A stretch of DNA of 64,000 bases from Eledone cirrhosa (lineage: Eukaryota). Position 1 is the first letter of the stretch. Each line of letters starts with the position of its first letter. The stretch is taken from contig OZ024742.1 of NCBI GenBank assembly GCA_964016885.1, forward strand, positions 199,268,001 through 199,332,000, given 5' to 3'. A program made the position numbers and the translations under genes. Shown here piece after piece: positions 50,547 to 59,861 of the stretch. The notes beneath the pieces are model-generated. The model did not search any database, had not been told where the DNA came from, and was given only the letters and a program-made list of their open reading frames with translations.

Positions 50547-51696
50547 TATATAATGTTCTTCATTGTTCTTTGTAGACCCATTGATGGACACATTAATGAA
50601 CGATCCAGTGCTTCTACCAAGTGGAACCGTTATGGATCGACCTATAATTCTCAGACACTTGTTAAACTCTCAGACCGACCCTTTCAACAGACAGCTACTG
50701 ACTGAAGAACAACTTGTTCCAGGTAAGTGATCCTCTCGTTGAGTACATTTGGTTGGTCTTGCTGGTTGAAATTAGTTTTCATAGTGTTGTAATTAGTTGT
50801 ACCATGTCTTATGGTAGTAGTTAATTGCGACATGTCTTATGGTAGTGGTTAGTTGTGATATGATTTTTTGCAGTGGTTAGTTGTGATATGTCTGATAATA
50901 TTAATTAGCTATGGTATGTCAGTTGTGATATATCTTATTACAGTAGTGTGAAGGTGTATGACCTAGTGGTTAGGGTGTTGGACTCAAGATCTTAATATTG
51001 TGGGTTTGATTCATAGATCGGTTGGTGCATTGTTCTAGAACAGGGTGTTTTATTTCACATTGCTTTTTATGATAGGACTGGGGCCTGCTATTATTAAAAC
51101 ACAAGAGACCTATGAGATGTAAATTCTTAGGAGGCCAGCTAAACCTGCATATGTTTCAGCTTTAAGTCTCATTTCATTATAACATTGGTTAGTTTGTGAT
51201 ATGTTTTATTGGAATAATTAGTTATGATACATCTTATTGCAGTCATTGTCTATGATATCTCTTATTATAGTAATCATCTGTGATATTTTGTATTGCAGTA
51301 TTAGCTTCGATACATCATATTGCAATATTTAACTCTGATATCCGATATGAAAGTATTGTGGTGTGATTATGACTTGTTGCAGCAGTCATTAGCTGTGATA
51401 TGCCTTATTACAGTGGTTACTTGTGACATGTCTTATTGCGGTGGTTAGTTGTGACATGTCTTATTGCAGTGGTTAATTGTGACATGTCTTAATGCAGTTG
51501 TTAGTTGAAACATGTCTTATTGCAGTTATTAGTTGTTTTATTATATATATAATAGTATTTATGATATATTCGTATTTATGTTATATTAACTGGTTTTGTG
51601 TTTCACTTTTCTCCATGTCTAGCTACACACCTGAAAGAAAAAATACAGAACTGGATGGCACTTAAGTTGAACAGCAAGAAGAGTAGTGACCCCTGA
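10711..51696 (+). CDS. UBE4B: UBE4B/UFD2A ubiquitin conjugation factor E4 B (U-box), 24 traced exons, 5' end incomplete
   Basis: Spliced exons (3200 nt) give one open frame with UBE4B motifs recalled from vertebrate orthologs: [101 protein letters not shown], and the U-box [21 protein letters not shown]...[14 protein letters not shown]. All junctions are GT-AG with matching phases. Confidence 0.97.
11173..11809 (-). mobile_element. Internally deleted hAT (Charlie/SPIN-like) DNA transposon
   Basis: TIRs CAGGGGTGGGCAAAC / GTTTGCCTACCCCTG; imperfect 8-bp TSD CCATAAAG/CCATGAAA; decayed transposase C-terminus on - (EIQLELI..., FAARLFSI..., ICEQSFS...K). Confidence 0.82.
13207..13291 (+). CDS. UBE4B: UBE4B exon ([28 protein letters not shown])
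   Basis: tttcag| (CAGTAG NAGNAG) ... |gtaagt, phase 2-0. Confidence 0.93.
13330..13645 (-). mobile_element. tRNA-derived SINE, family B head with a different 3' half
   Basis: Reverse-strand GCTTAGCGGTTAGAACA...GAGTTCAATTC...CCTTGAGCAAGACAC followed by a distinct GC-rich tail. Confidence 0.75.
13945..14330 (+). mobile_element. Decayed RTE LINE fragment
   Basis: [12 protein letters not shown]..., [17 protein letters not shown]. Confidence 0.75.
14548..14683 (+). CDS. UBE4B: UBE4B exon ([28 protein letters not shown]...)
   Basis: tttcag| ... |gtaaga, phase 0-1. Confidence 0.92.
15024..15171 (+). CDS. UBE4B: UBE4B exon ([16 protein letters not shown]...)
   Basis: ttacag| ... |gtaagt, phase 1-2. 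Confidence 0.92.
16751..16895 (+). CDS. UBE4B: UBE4B exon (ISPLMSP...[20 protein letters not shown])
   Basis: tttcag| ... |gtaagt, phase 2-0. Confidence 0.93.
17097..19636 (+). mobile_element. Full-length piggyBac DNA transposon in a UBE4B intron
   Basis: TTAA TSDs at 17093-17096 and 19637-19640; perfect 14-bp TIR CCCTTTAGCATTCA; internal transposase gene. Confidence 0.96.
17336..18987 (+). pseudogene. piggyBac (PGBD4-like) transposase with a frameshift before the C-terminal Cys-rich domain
   Basis: 483-aa ORF with [34 protein letters not shown] (DDD triad intact). Frame change at ~18740; the CRD CRSC...[17 protein letters not shown] lies in another frame (18790-18987). Confidence 0.92.
21038..21467. 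mobile_element. Tail-to-tail inverted pair of Penelope-like pLTRs (second family) centred on a TA microsatellite
   Basis: ~210-bp imperfect inverted arms, each with a damaged hammerhead; related copies ~14770-14900 (+) and ~33010-33225 (-). Confidence 0.75.
21519..21619 (+). CDS. UBE4B: UBE4B exon (KSSIPPL...[13 protein letters not shown])
   Basis: ttgtag| ... |gtaagg, phase 0-2. Confidence 0.94.
22439..22550 (+). CDS. UBE4B: UBE4B exon ([22 protein letters not shown]...)
   Basis: tatcag| ... |gtaaat, phase 2-0. Confidence 0.94.
23466..23606 (+). CDS. UBE4B: UBE4B exon (IFVPIIHRL...[18 protein letters not shown])
   Basis: ttgtag| ... |gtaagt, phase 0-0. Confidence 0.95.
23780..23819 (-). 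ncRNA. Degenerate minimal hammerhead motif (third variant)
   Basis: UACU-CUGAAGA-a-GGGA(auuuuaag)UCCC-GAAAUAUU-AGGA; one stem I mismatch. Confidence 0.5.
24255..25176 (+). mobile_element. Non-autonomous Helitron/Helentron-like element with internal tandem repeats
   Basis: Repeated CTAATGCGGGCCCTAG...GAAAA blocks; duplicated 24765-24880 / 25035-25160 segment; 3' end CAGACAGACATCCTCAGTTTTATATATATAGAT. Confidence 0.55.
25190..25530. repeat. Diverged ~43-bp minisatellite
   Basis: Recurrent AAAACATACTGGTATGTCTTTTA...TTTGTGTGCC. Confidence 0.7.
26213..26375 (+). repeat. Five tandem 36-38-bp copies of the 3' splice-site region
   Basis: CTTTTGTCT(T/C)(A/G)TCAG ends at 26227, 26265, 26303, 26339 and 26375. 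Confidence 0.9.
26376..26492 (+). CDS. UBE4B: UBE4B exon ([10 protein letters not shown]...[14 protein letters not shown])
   Basis: catcag| ... |gtaagt, phase 0-0. Confidence 0.93.
28553..28651 (+). CDS. UBE4B: UBE4B exon ([10 protein letters not shown]...LQHGLEYAR)
   Basis: tttcag| ... |gtaagt, phase 0-0. Confidence 0.95.
29698..29811 (+). CDS. UBE4B: UBE4B exon ([17 protein letters not shown]...KKSQIQ)
   Basis: caacag| ... |gtaatt, phase 0-0. Confidence 0.95.
30272..30361 (+). CDS. UBE4B: UBE4B exon ([22 protein letters not shown]...)
   Basis: tttcag| ... |gtaaga, phase 0-0. Confidence 0.96.
31371..31565. mobile_element. Tc1/mariner-type MITE
   Basis: Imperfect ~30-bp TIRs TGAGGGGCGGCTGAAAAGTTCATATGCTGAC / GTCAGCCTATGAACTTTTCAGCCCACCCTTG-TA. 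Confidence 0.75.
31781..31886 (+). CDS. UBE4B: UBE4B exon ([13 protein letters not shown]...)
   Basis: tttcag| ... |gtaggt, phase 0-1. Confidence 0.94.
33081..33116 (-). ncRNA. Minimal hammerhead ribozyme motif (family 2), core intact
   Basis: UUUU-CUGAUGA-c-AGG(cuagca)UCU-GAAAC-GUU-AAGA; palindromic ACGU stem III; weak stems. Confidence 0.6.
33330..33565 (+). CDS. UBE4B: UBE4B exon (...[16 protein letters not shown]...KWKAQVK)
   Basis: ttccag| ... |gtaagg, phase 1-0. Confidence 0.96.
33904..34031 (+). CDS. UBE4B: UBE4B exon ([26 protein letters not shown]...)
   Basis: ctttag| ... |gtgagg, phase 0-2. Confidence 0.96.
35543..35601 (+). pseudogene. tRNA-Gly(GCC) pseudogene, 5'-truncated
   Basis: TGATAGAATGTTTGCTTGCCATGCAGGTGGCTCGGGTTCATATGCCAGCCAATGCA aligns to the metazoan tRNA-Gly-GCC consensus with many mismatches; TTTTT follows. 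Confidence 0.75.
35900..35998 (+). CDS. UBE4B: UBE4B exon (NNLPLP...[18 protein letters not shown])
   Basis: tttcag| ... |gtaagt, phase 2-2. Confidence 0.96.
37228..37784. mobile_element. hAT MITE with a nested SINE
   Basis: Perfect 8-bp TSD CTTTATAG at 37220-37227 and 37785-37792; TIRs CAGCAGTTGCCAACC / GGTTGGCGACTG. Confidence 0.85.
37894..38132 (+). CDS. UBE4B: UBE4B exon (YKSEVL...[13 protein letters not shown]...LMQFYT)
   Basis: ttccag| ... |gtaagt, phase 2-1. Confidence 0.96.
38480..38845. repeat. Compound (CAC)n/ACCATCACTGACACC satellite
   Basis: Read directly. Confidence 0.9.
39100..42142 (+). mobile_element. Near full-length, inactivated RTE LINE (APE endonuclease + RT)
   Basis: ATG at 39304; [38 protein letters not shown] (APE); [24 protein letters not shown] (RT); several frameshifts/stops, ~250-bp deletion at ~41470; (TGA)n tail. 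Confidence 0.95.
42587..42659 (+). pseudogene. Initiator tRNA-Met pseudogene
   Basis: AGCATTGTGATACAGTGGGAGCATGCTGGGCTTATAACCCAGAAGACTTTAGATTGAAACAACACCTTTGCTA aligns to metazoan tRNAi-Met; anticodon CAT>TAT and disrupted stems. Confidence 0.8.
42795..43325 (+). repeat. Four tandem copies of a ~130-150-bp SINE 3' tail
   Basis: CATGATAGGAGTGGGACTCCTATCATTAAAAC...CTAAACCTGCATAGGTGTGAGCTGTAA; single copies follow SINE heads at ~8300 and ~51070. Confidence 0.75.
43392..43518 (+). CDS. UBE4B: UBE4B exon ([21 protein letters not shown]...)
   Basis: ctccag| ... |gtgagt, phase 1-2. Confidence 0.97.
45531..45572 (+). pseudogene. Partial duplicate of UBE4B exon 46603 with its acceptor
   Basis: tcactaaacag|GAATGGCAAGAGGTTTGTGAAGTTTTTCAATATGTTGA versus tcactgaacag|GAAAGGCAAGCAGTTTGTGAAGTTTGTCAATATGTTGA. 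Confidence 0.85.
46603..46747 (+). CDS. UBE4B: UBE4B exon ([24 protein letters not shown]...)
   Basis: gaacag| ... |gtatgt, phase 2-0. Confidence 0.97.
47530..47664 (+). CDS. UBE4B: UBE4B exon ([10 protein letters not shown]...[17 protein letters not shown]...PFLMP)
   Basis: ttccag| ... |gtatgt, phase 0-0. Confidence 0.97.
47778..47995 (+). mobile_element. Non-autonomous piggyBac MITE related to the 17097 element
   Basis: TTAA TSDs; TIR CCCTTTAGCATTTA; shares AAACC-type subterminal repeats and GAGATAAAGCC with the left end of the full element. Confidence 0.88.
48285..48479 (+). CDS. UBE4B: UBE4B exon ([19 protein letters not shown]...IANDE)
   Basis: aaatag| ... |gtaagt, phase 0-0. Confidence 0.97.
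48515..49070 (-). mobile_element. RTE LINE 3' fragment (family of the 59862 element)
   Basis: Homologous to 59862-60460; [21 protein letters not shown]. Confidence 0.8.
49119..49293 (+). CDS. UBE4B: UBE4B exon (RSYRKILF...EIPDEFK)
   Basis: ttgtag| ... |gtgaca, phase 0-1. Confidence 0.96.
50576..50722 (+). CDS. UBE4B: UBE4B exon, U-box core
   Basis: ttgtag| [49 protein letters not shown] |gtaagt, phase 1-1. Confidence 0.98.
50780..51535. repeat. ~28-bp minisatellite GTGGTTAGTTGTGACATGTCTTATTGCA, interrupted by a SINE
   Basis: More than 15 diverged units read directly. Confidence 0.85.
51623..51696 (+). CDS. UBE4B: UBE4B last coding exon ([23 protein letters not shown])
   Basis: gtctag| acceptor; U-box terminal helix LKEKIQNW; TGA at 51694-51696. 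Confidence 0.95.
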
Positions 51697-52078
51697 ATTA
51701 ATTCATTATAGCAATGTTCTGGTGTATTTTTCTGAAAAAAAAACAAAACAAAAAACAATATATAAGAATAACATAACATCTGTTGCAGTGGCCTCATCTA
51801 ATGTGTATTTTCTTGTTTCTGACTCAAATCACTTTATGTTGCCATGGTTTCCTTTGTGTGTGTATGCGTGTATATGTGTATGTATGTGTGTGTGTTTGTG
51901 AGTCTGAGTCTGTGTGTGTTTGTGAGTCTGTGTGTGCTTCAGTGTGTATGTGTGCATTTTTACAAAAAACTGATGTCTATACATGCATTATGTAAGAGAA
52001 GGAATTTTTTAATTTCCATTTTTCTAATGTATAGAAGGTCATGTGTGTGTGCTTGTGTACTTGACTCCCCACACACAC

Positions 52079-52141
<63 letters not shown>

Positions 52142-52701
52142 TGTGTCTGTGTGTGCACACTCAGCACTACACGTGTGTTTGTCCAGCTACCAAATACATA
52201 TTTCTCACTCTCTTGAACTGTCTCCTTTTTCTGTTCTCTCTCTTTCTTGCTATCTCTCTCTCTCTCCCTCTCTTTTTTTCCTTATCTTTTTATTTCTCTA
52301 TCACTCAATATTTTCCTTCTTCTCTTTCAAGCCTTCGCTCTTTCGTTCTCTACACCCACAACACCTACCTCATAATGTGTAATTGTAATATATTACACTT
52401 ATGCAGAGAAGTGTAGTATCCCCTTTTAAAAATTCCTGTTTTTTTACTTTCGCTCCCAATTTCTACTTTCACTTTCCACTTGCCACTAAGACACGCCTCC
52501 CATACTGTGATATCTGCAAGAGTCACATGCCAAGGTCACTGCTAACAGGGACCCGACTGCAGTCTTTCCTGGGGTGTTTGTCTTCGTTCATTCAACGTGA
52601 TAATAACAGTCTTATATATATATATATATATGTATATAATATAGCTGAGATGGATTGAAAAACAAATTTAAAAAAAAACACAACCAACCAACCAACCAAC
52701 A

Positions 52702-52779
52702 AATAAATAAAATGAAAAGAAAATGTTTTAAATTATTCCAATTATTGGATATACTTATTAATAAATGACTTGTAATAAA
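52702..52779 (+). promoter_or_regulatory. Cluster of AATAAA polyadenylation signals, likely the UBE4B 3' end
   Basis: AATAAA at 52702, 52706, 52760 and 52774, about 1 kb after the stop codon. Confidence 0.5.
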
Positions 52780-53689
52780 TTTTCAAACCTCAACCACACT
52801 TGTAGTTGTTGTGAATATTTATTTCTCAAAATATCCCCTTGTACCCCATCTCCTTCTGCCTCGCCCCTTCCTCCTGCTTATGTCCCCCCCCCCACCCTTC
52901 CACCTCTTCCCCCTCTTCCTCACTTCATATATCTTGTATTATTAAAAAATCATTTTACTGGTTTCAGTCATCTGACTAAGGCCGTAGTCTAATATATCAA
53001 TCCCAGTACTTATTTTTTAAAGTCTGTTACATATTTCATTGATCTCTGTCTACACAGATGAAAGGTAAAAGATGACTCTCAGCAGGGTTTGAACTCCGAC
53101 CATAGTGAACCAGAAGAAATGCTGCAAAAAATTTAACCGTTTAGTTCCCATATTTCTAATGAAAGACATTGCCTGTGGCTTTTAAGTAATTTTACCTATT
53201 TAATCATTTTTTTTGTTAAACTGCCAAGTTATGGAACATAATGAAACAGTAAATGTAAACGCAGATATGTAATATAGATATATATTCATCATCACCATCA
53301 TCATACGTCTGCTTTTTTCTGCTTGCAGGGGTGGGATGGTTCCTCTTTAGCACAGCATCTCTCTATATATGTATTTGTATGAAGGGTATCCAGTTGTAGA
53401 AAACTTACTACAAACGATTGAGAGGAACCCTTAATGTCAGACATGACAACCTACCTAATGTTGGTGATTTACATGGTAAACACACCCAATACACTCTTTA
53501 GTGTTGGTGCCATAATAAAATGCATTCAGTGTAGATATAGAAACATGTATATGTGCACATATATCTCAAAATATACAGATCCACACATACAATGACACAC
53601 ATGTGCATACATAGTTAACTAGTTTGATGTCTAAATTTGGTGAAAAATTATTAAAAACAAATATATAATATAATTGTTACTATAGAGCT

Positions 53690-54190
53690 GAGAAACTTAG
53701 AAAAGGAGTTCAGAAGGAAATAATAAATATATATTGCATCCTAAATCTATCGCAAGTGAAATCATTTAGCAAAAATATAATTTGTCAAGGGTGGGAAGAA
53801 TCTAGAGATAAGCTCTCAAATTTCAATCCTCTACTGTCTCAACCAGATCTGACAACATTAAAAACTTATCAGACATTGAGCAATGTTAATAAAAAAAGAT
53901 TATTCTGGCTTTGAACGGGACATAAACCATTGAATTACATTTTATCACAAACAAGTTGTAGAGAATTACTTCTTTGTTCTTGTGGTGACTTCCCAGAAAC
54001 TCTTTGGCATCTGTTTCTTCTAATGTAAAAACAATCAGTCTGAGAAGGAGGACATCTTGAAACCGGTCATTAAGAAACTACCAAGATTGTAGACACAATA
54101 TATTTTAAAGATCTATCAAGTCGTATAAATAAAATATTTTAGTTCATGGAGGTTACAAAAAGATTCAACAATAGAACCTTCTAGCTGCTT
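53690..54190 (+). mobile_element. Decayed I/R1-type LINE 3' fragment
   Basis: xTGHKPLNY and LCSCGDFPETLWHLFL-x-C (CCHC knuckle), with frameshifts. Confidence 0.55.
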
Positions 54191-54342
54191 TACGGTTTCC
54201 TTTGCTTACCATTTTTTTCGTTTTTTTTAATGCATGGAAAAGTGGACGTAAAAACAATCATGCTTATTTTGCCCTGCGTTGGCTTTCCATATGTAAATTA
54301 TTTTATTTTATTATTTTTAAAAATGTAATATTCATTTATAAC

Positions 54343-55044
54343 TGTGTATATATGTATATATATGTATGTATATATATGTCTACATATATGTATGTATATG
54401 TATATATATGTATGTATATGTATTTATGTAGATGTATGTATGTATGTATATGTATTTATGTATATGTGTATATGTATATATGTATATGTATTTATGTATA
54501 TGTATTTATGTATATGTATATATGTTTGTATATATATATATATGTTTGTATATATATATGTATGTATGTATATGTATTTATGTATATATATATATGTATA
54601 TGTATTTATGTATATGTATATGTATGTATATATATATGAATGTATATGTATTTATGTATATGTATTTATGTATATATATATATATATATGTATATGTATT
54701 TGTATTTATGTATATGTAAAAATGTTTGTATATGTATATATGTGTATGTATGTATGTATGTATATATATGTATATATATATGTATGTATGTATATGTATT
54801 TATGTATATATATATATGTATATGTATTTATGTATTTATGTATATGTATATGTATATATATATGAATGTATATGTATTTATGTATATGTATATGTATTTA
54901 TGTATATATATATATAAAATGGTATATATTTTATCTGGTGATTCTATAGACATGTTTTATGATATATAGCTCTGATTATTTAATTTATAAACTTTTCATT
55001 GAGCCACAAAGTGACCCGTTGCAAAACACGTATATGTATATATG

Positions 55045-55101
<57 letters not shown>

Positions 55102-55196
55102 CTTTATATGTATATATATATGTATATATATATATGTATATGTGTATGTATATGTGTATGTATATATATATATATGTATATGTATGTATATATACA
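54343..55196. repeat. TATG/TA compound microsatellite
   Basis: Read directly; two blocks separated by a short spacer. Confidence 0.95.
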
Positions 55197-56559
55197 CTGA
55201 ACCAAACATCTATGTGTATGGCAAACGACTTGGAGTGGTTGATCAGTTTGTCTACCTGGGAAGCACTGTCAATCGATACGGCAACCTTGACAGTGAAATC
55301 TCACTTAGGATTAGGAAAGCAAGTGATGCTTTCGGAAAGCTAGAAAGGCGACTCTGGGGTCGGCGAGACATATGCAGGAGGACAAAGGTAAAGGTGTACA
55401 GGGCATGTGTACTCTCTTGTCTTCTTTATGCCTGCGAGACCTGGGTCACATATCGACGCCACCTTAAGCAATTGGAGCGTTTCCATCAGATGTGTCTCAG
55501 ACGGATCCATGGCGTTCACTGGAGGGATAACATCAGTGATGTCGAGATTTTGGAAAGCTCTATCTGTGACAGTATAGAAGCTCTTGTGCTTAAGCAACGA
55601 CTCCGTTGGAGTGGTCACCTTGCCAGGATGAAGGATTCTAGAATACCAAAACAACTCTTCTATGGAGAGTTGGTTAAAGGAAAACGACCGCCACATAAAC
55701 CAAAAAAGAGGTATAAGGATTCCTTGAAAGCCTCTCTGAAAGACGCTAACATCTCTGCTGATACATGGGAAAATATTGCTGCTGATCGTAATAAATGGAG
55801 AAAGACTCTATATGAGGGAAAAGTTGCCTTTGAGGCATCTCGAATCGCACACGAGAAAGTAAAGCGGGACGTGAGGAAGGGCATTGCTGTTGCACTTCCA
55901 GACGGCGAGGGTCCTCCTATGGTGCTGACATGCAGCGTCTGTGCGAGACTCTGCCTAAGCAAAGCTGGACTCGAAAGTCATCTTCGCAGTCATAAAGTAA
56001 GACCAGTGGTTGACTACTAGGCTGCTGTTGGAGATGCTACTCATCATGCTTGCCAAGCATGTGGTAGAGAATGTAAATCAGCAGGAGGGCTCAAGCGACA
56101 TGCAAAAGTACACAAACTCCAACCACAGCCGACTATTCCCAGTGAATGTTTTGGTTGCCGACTCTGTGCAAGACATTTTAGATCATTGGCTGGGCTAAAA
56201 AGCCACATTCGATCGCAGCACTGTTAGTTGCTATCGTGTGTGTGTGTGTGTGTGTAGATATGCTTATGTGCGTGCGTGTGTGTGTATATATATATGAATA
56301 TGTATATTATTATTGTTGTTGTCATTATTATTATTGCTATTATTATTATTATTATTATTATCATTATTATTGTTATTAATGTATGTGTGTGTATATGTGT
56401 GAGTGTATGTGTATGTATGTGTGTATGTATATATGTATGTATGTATATATATATATATATTTTTTTTTTTCTTTTCTTTTTTTTTTCTTTTTTTTTAAAT
56501 TTATTTATTATTATTATTATTATTATTTTTTTATTTTATTTTATTTTATTTTTTATTTT

Positions 56560-56596
<37 letters not shown>

Positions 56597-56627
56597 TTCT
56601 TCTCGATAACGAGGGGGCAGCCATCAT
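55197..56627 (+). mobile_element. 5'-truncated RTE LINE (BovB/RTE-1-like) ending in three C2H2 zinc fingers
   Basis: [41 protein letters not shown]; fingers to the stop at 56227; probable tail TCGATAACGAGGGGGCAGCCATCA at ~56603 beyond a microsatellite. Confidence 0.92.
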
Positions 56628-56702
56628 ATGTATATATATGTATATGTATGTATATGTATATGTATGTATATGTATATATATATATATATGTACATATATG
56701 TA

Positions 56703-57127
56703 TCATCATCATCATCACCGTTTTACGTCCGTTCTTCCACGCTAGCATGGGTTAGACGGGTTGTCCTGTTGTGGGCAGTGTCTGGTCGGCTGACCATGCC
56801 TTGCTCATACAGGAACTGATCTGGCTTGATTTCTACAGCTGGATGCCCTTCCTAACACCAACCTCATTTACAGTGAGTGCTGGGTGCTTTTTCGTGGCGC
56901 CTACACGTCCACTTTACAGTGTGGGCTGGGTGCTTTTTTGCCGTGGCACCTCCACGACCACCTTGCGGTGGGGGGGGGGGGCATATTGTTTATATGCTTC
57001 AGCATGTACCCATGGGAGGTCGGGTACCCTGTATTACTGCGTGACGCCAGAAGTCACGGTCGTGTGTCATTGACTTTGAGAGGTGTAGTTGGGTAAGGTC
57101 GGCTTTTATCACCTCATCCCAAGTCAT
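56703..57127 (-). mobile_element. 3' end of an RTE LINE, essentially identical to 59862-60286
   Basis: Direct comparison shows a difference only in the G-run length. Confidence 0.92.
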
Positions 57128-57250
57128 GTATATGTATATATATGTATGTATGTGTATATGTATATGTATATATATATATGTATACGTATATATATATGTA
57201 TGTATATGTATATATATGTATATGTATATATATGTATATATATATATGTG

Positions 57251-57281
<31 letters not shown>

Positions 57282-57377
57282 GGGAAAGTAAGAAATCGGA
57301 GAATAGACCGTTAAAACATGTTTATTTAAAACAGCACCTACGTACGTTTCGCCCAGTTTGCTTTCCCTGCAACATTT

Positions 57378-57800
57378 GGCTGCGAGCCACCCCACACAAC
57401 GCCATGTTCTGAGTCTGCTTTTCAACTGCACCATGATGCACGGTGCGTCATGGTGTATCTAACCATTTTTTTAGGTCTTACTACGGCTGATTTCTTCCAG
57501 AGAGAAAGAAAGAGATGGAAAAATGCAGAGAAGATTCATCCCCGGAGGAATAATAAAAAATGTTTACACTGCACATTTCATTTTTTCAAAGCTAAAGCTG
57601 CCGATCCAAAATCAGTAATTCAACTCCCTGAAAACTTTCAAATATATGCTGTTCTAGCATGAATATTATGCTAAGGGGCAGCTGTCCACAAAGTAAGATT
57701 TACTTGCATATCCCCGCTCATATAAACACATAAATACATACATTACAGTTGATATTTTTTTTATTAAAGCGTTTTCATATTATATATATATATATATATA
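57378..57800. repeat. ~420-bp direct repeat, second copy 59302-59710
   Basis: Near-identical sequence; begins with a minus-strand LINE-like 3' end that has a (GAA)n tail in the second copy. Confidence 0.9.
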
Positions 57801-58086
57801 TATAGTGACGAAACATAAGTCAATTGCATGAACTCATAATCCTTATTTACTGCTTTATTTGTATGAAATTGTAAATAAGACAAAAGTATTAGAACAGGGG
57901 GAAATAACTCACCAGACGCGATAGTAAATAGACCGTTTGGGGACCCTAGGGACCACATTTTCAAGTTAGAGCTTGGCACTTTTTACATAGGTGTGTAAAT
58001 TTTCATGTCCGTCCGACCACGTCTACTACCATTTAACCGTGCACATCTGAATTTCTATCACTACCCATTTCACAAATATATATTAG

Positions 58087-58530
58087 ACTAGCAGAGGTAC
58101 CCGGCGTTGCTCGGATATTAAATAGCAGTTGTGTATACCATTTATGTCAATACTTCAGTGCTGCTTCGAAAACTATACTTTTACAAAATCATCGACTTTT
58201 TCCAAAAGGGGGTTCCTGCCCCCAGGGGTCCCCTACCCAATACGTGCTAATTCTGAGAGTTCACATTCATCTGAAGGACAAACGTAGCCCATGTGTCAAG
58301 TTTTGTGAAAATCGGTGGCGAACTCCAGAAGTTATGACGTTTTGTTGCATTGCACTGCAGTGCTTCAGTCGACTCCAAGGAAGTGGTTAAAGTGGTTAAA
58401 AGGGTTATCTGCCGGGAGGCCCTATAATCAATATCTGGGAAAATCACAGTGCCCATGACCATCCGGAGTACATAAGTAACCTATGTCTTAAGTTTGGTGA
58501 AAATACTGTAGAAATGCATACATACACGCG
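58087..58530 (+). mobile_element. Helitron/Helentron-like non-autonomous element
   Basis: 5' terminus ACTAGCAGAGGTACCCGGCGTTGCTCGG; internal CCCATGTGTCAAGTTTTGTGAAAATCGG-type repeats. Confidence 0.55.
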
Positions 58531-59691
58531 TGCGTTCGTGTGTGTGTGTGTGTTTGTGTGGGGGGGGGGGGTATGTATTTGTGTGTGCGTATGTATGTGT
58601 ATGTCCGTCGGGGCATACGTATGTACTGGCCTAAATCTTCACTATTTACTTTTATTATTTTAATAACCTCTGTCATTTTCGTTTTCAATTTTATTTACAT
58701 CATTCTTAAACTCCGGGGCTGGAAATCATTCTGTTATTTTAAATAGAATATTAGTCTAACGACTCCATTTATACCATAAACTTGGTCTTGTCTTTGCATG
58801 AAATTGTTCTTCACGCTCCACATAACGACGTATTATCCTCGCTTTTTTCCCGTTCATTGCCAGGGAACGTTTTCACGAACCAAAATATCGTCTTCCTGTT
58901 TTCGTTCGGTTGCAACGTTTCTCGAAATATTTACTTCTGCGTTCACAGATTACTCTCAGTTCAATTTGAATGGGAAATTCCTGTTTCATCGATTTTCTCT
59001 GTAACCATGGAAGCTTGTAGCTTGAAAGTCGCCCCAACGCCTCCTCGGGTCATTCTGCATAACTGTGTAAATTTTCGCTGCATGCCACCAAGCCGTTTCG
59101 ACGTTTATCCGACTACACCTACAACGTCCGACCACTTTCAATTTATATAGTAAATTTGTTTATATATGAATGACAAAAAGAAAAGTACAAAACTATACAT
59201 GAATTGTTTCGAGTAAACCTTCAATTTAAGACACAACCTACATATTTGATAGGAACCAGCTCACTTCTTCTTCTTCTTCTTTTGCTACCCCTGGAGCATT
59301 GGGCTGCGAGCCACCCCCACACAACGCCATGTTCTGAGTCTGCTTTTCAACTCCACGGTGCGTCATGGTGTATCTAACCATTTTTTTAGGTCTTACTACG
59401 GTTGATTTCTTCCAGAGAGAAAGAAAGAGATGGAAAAAGGCAGAGAAGATTCATCCCCGGAGGAATAATAAAAAATGTTTACACTGCACATTTCATTTTT
59501 TCAAAGCTAAAGCTGCCGATCCAAAATCAGTAATTCAACTCCCTGAAAACTTTCAAATATATGCTGTCCTAGCATGAATATTATGCTAAGGATAAGCTAT
59601 CCACAAAGTAAGATTTACTTGCATATCCCCGCTCATATAAACACATAAATACATACATTACAGTTGATATTTTTTTTATTAAAGCGTTTTC

Positions 59692-59727
<36 letters not shown>

Positions 59728-59861
59728 ATGTAGAAGTTGTATTTAATTTGTATATATGTATATATATATATATATAGAAGTTGTATTTAATTTGTATATA
59801 TGTATATATATATATGTATATATGTATATATATAAATATATATGTATATATATATAGGTAT

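Noticed and set aside
54202-55343. Long YI/CV/MY-rich ORFs (also 3407-3703, 9288-9788, 51844-52416, 56276-56755, 62728-63413)
   Set aside because: Translations of TA/TG/CT/TATG microsatellites
57450-57662. 70-aa ORF duplicated at 59365-59577
   Set aside because: Conservation is explained by recent DNA duplication; no recognisable domain
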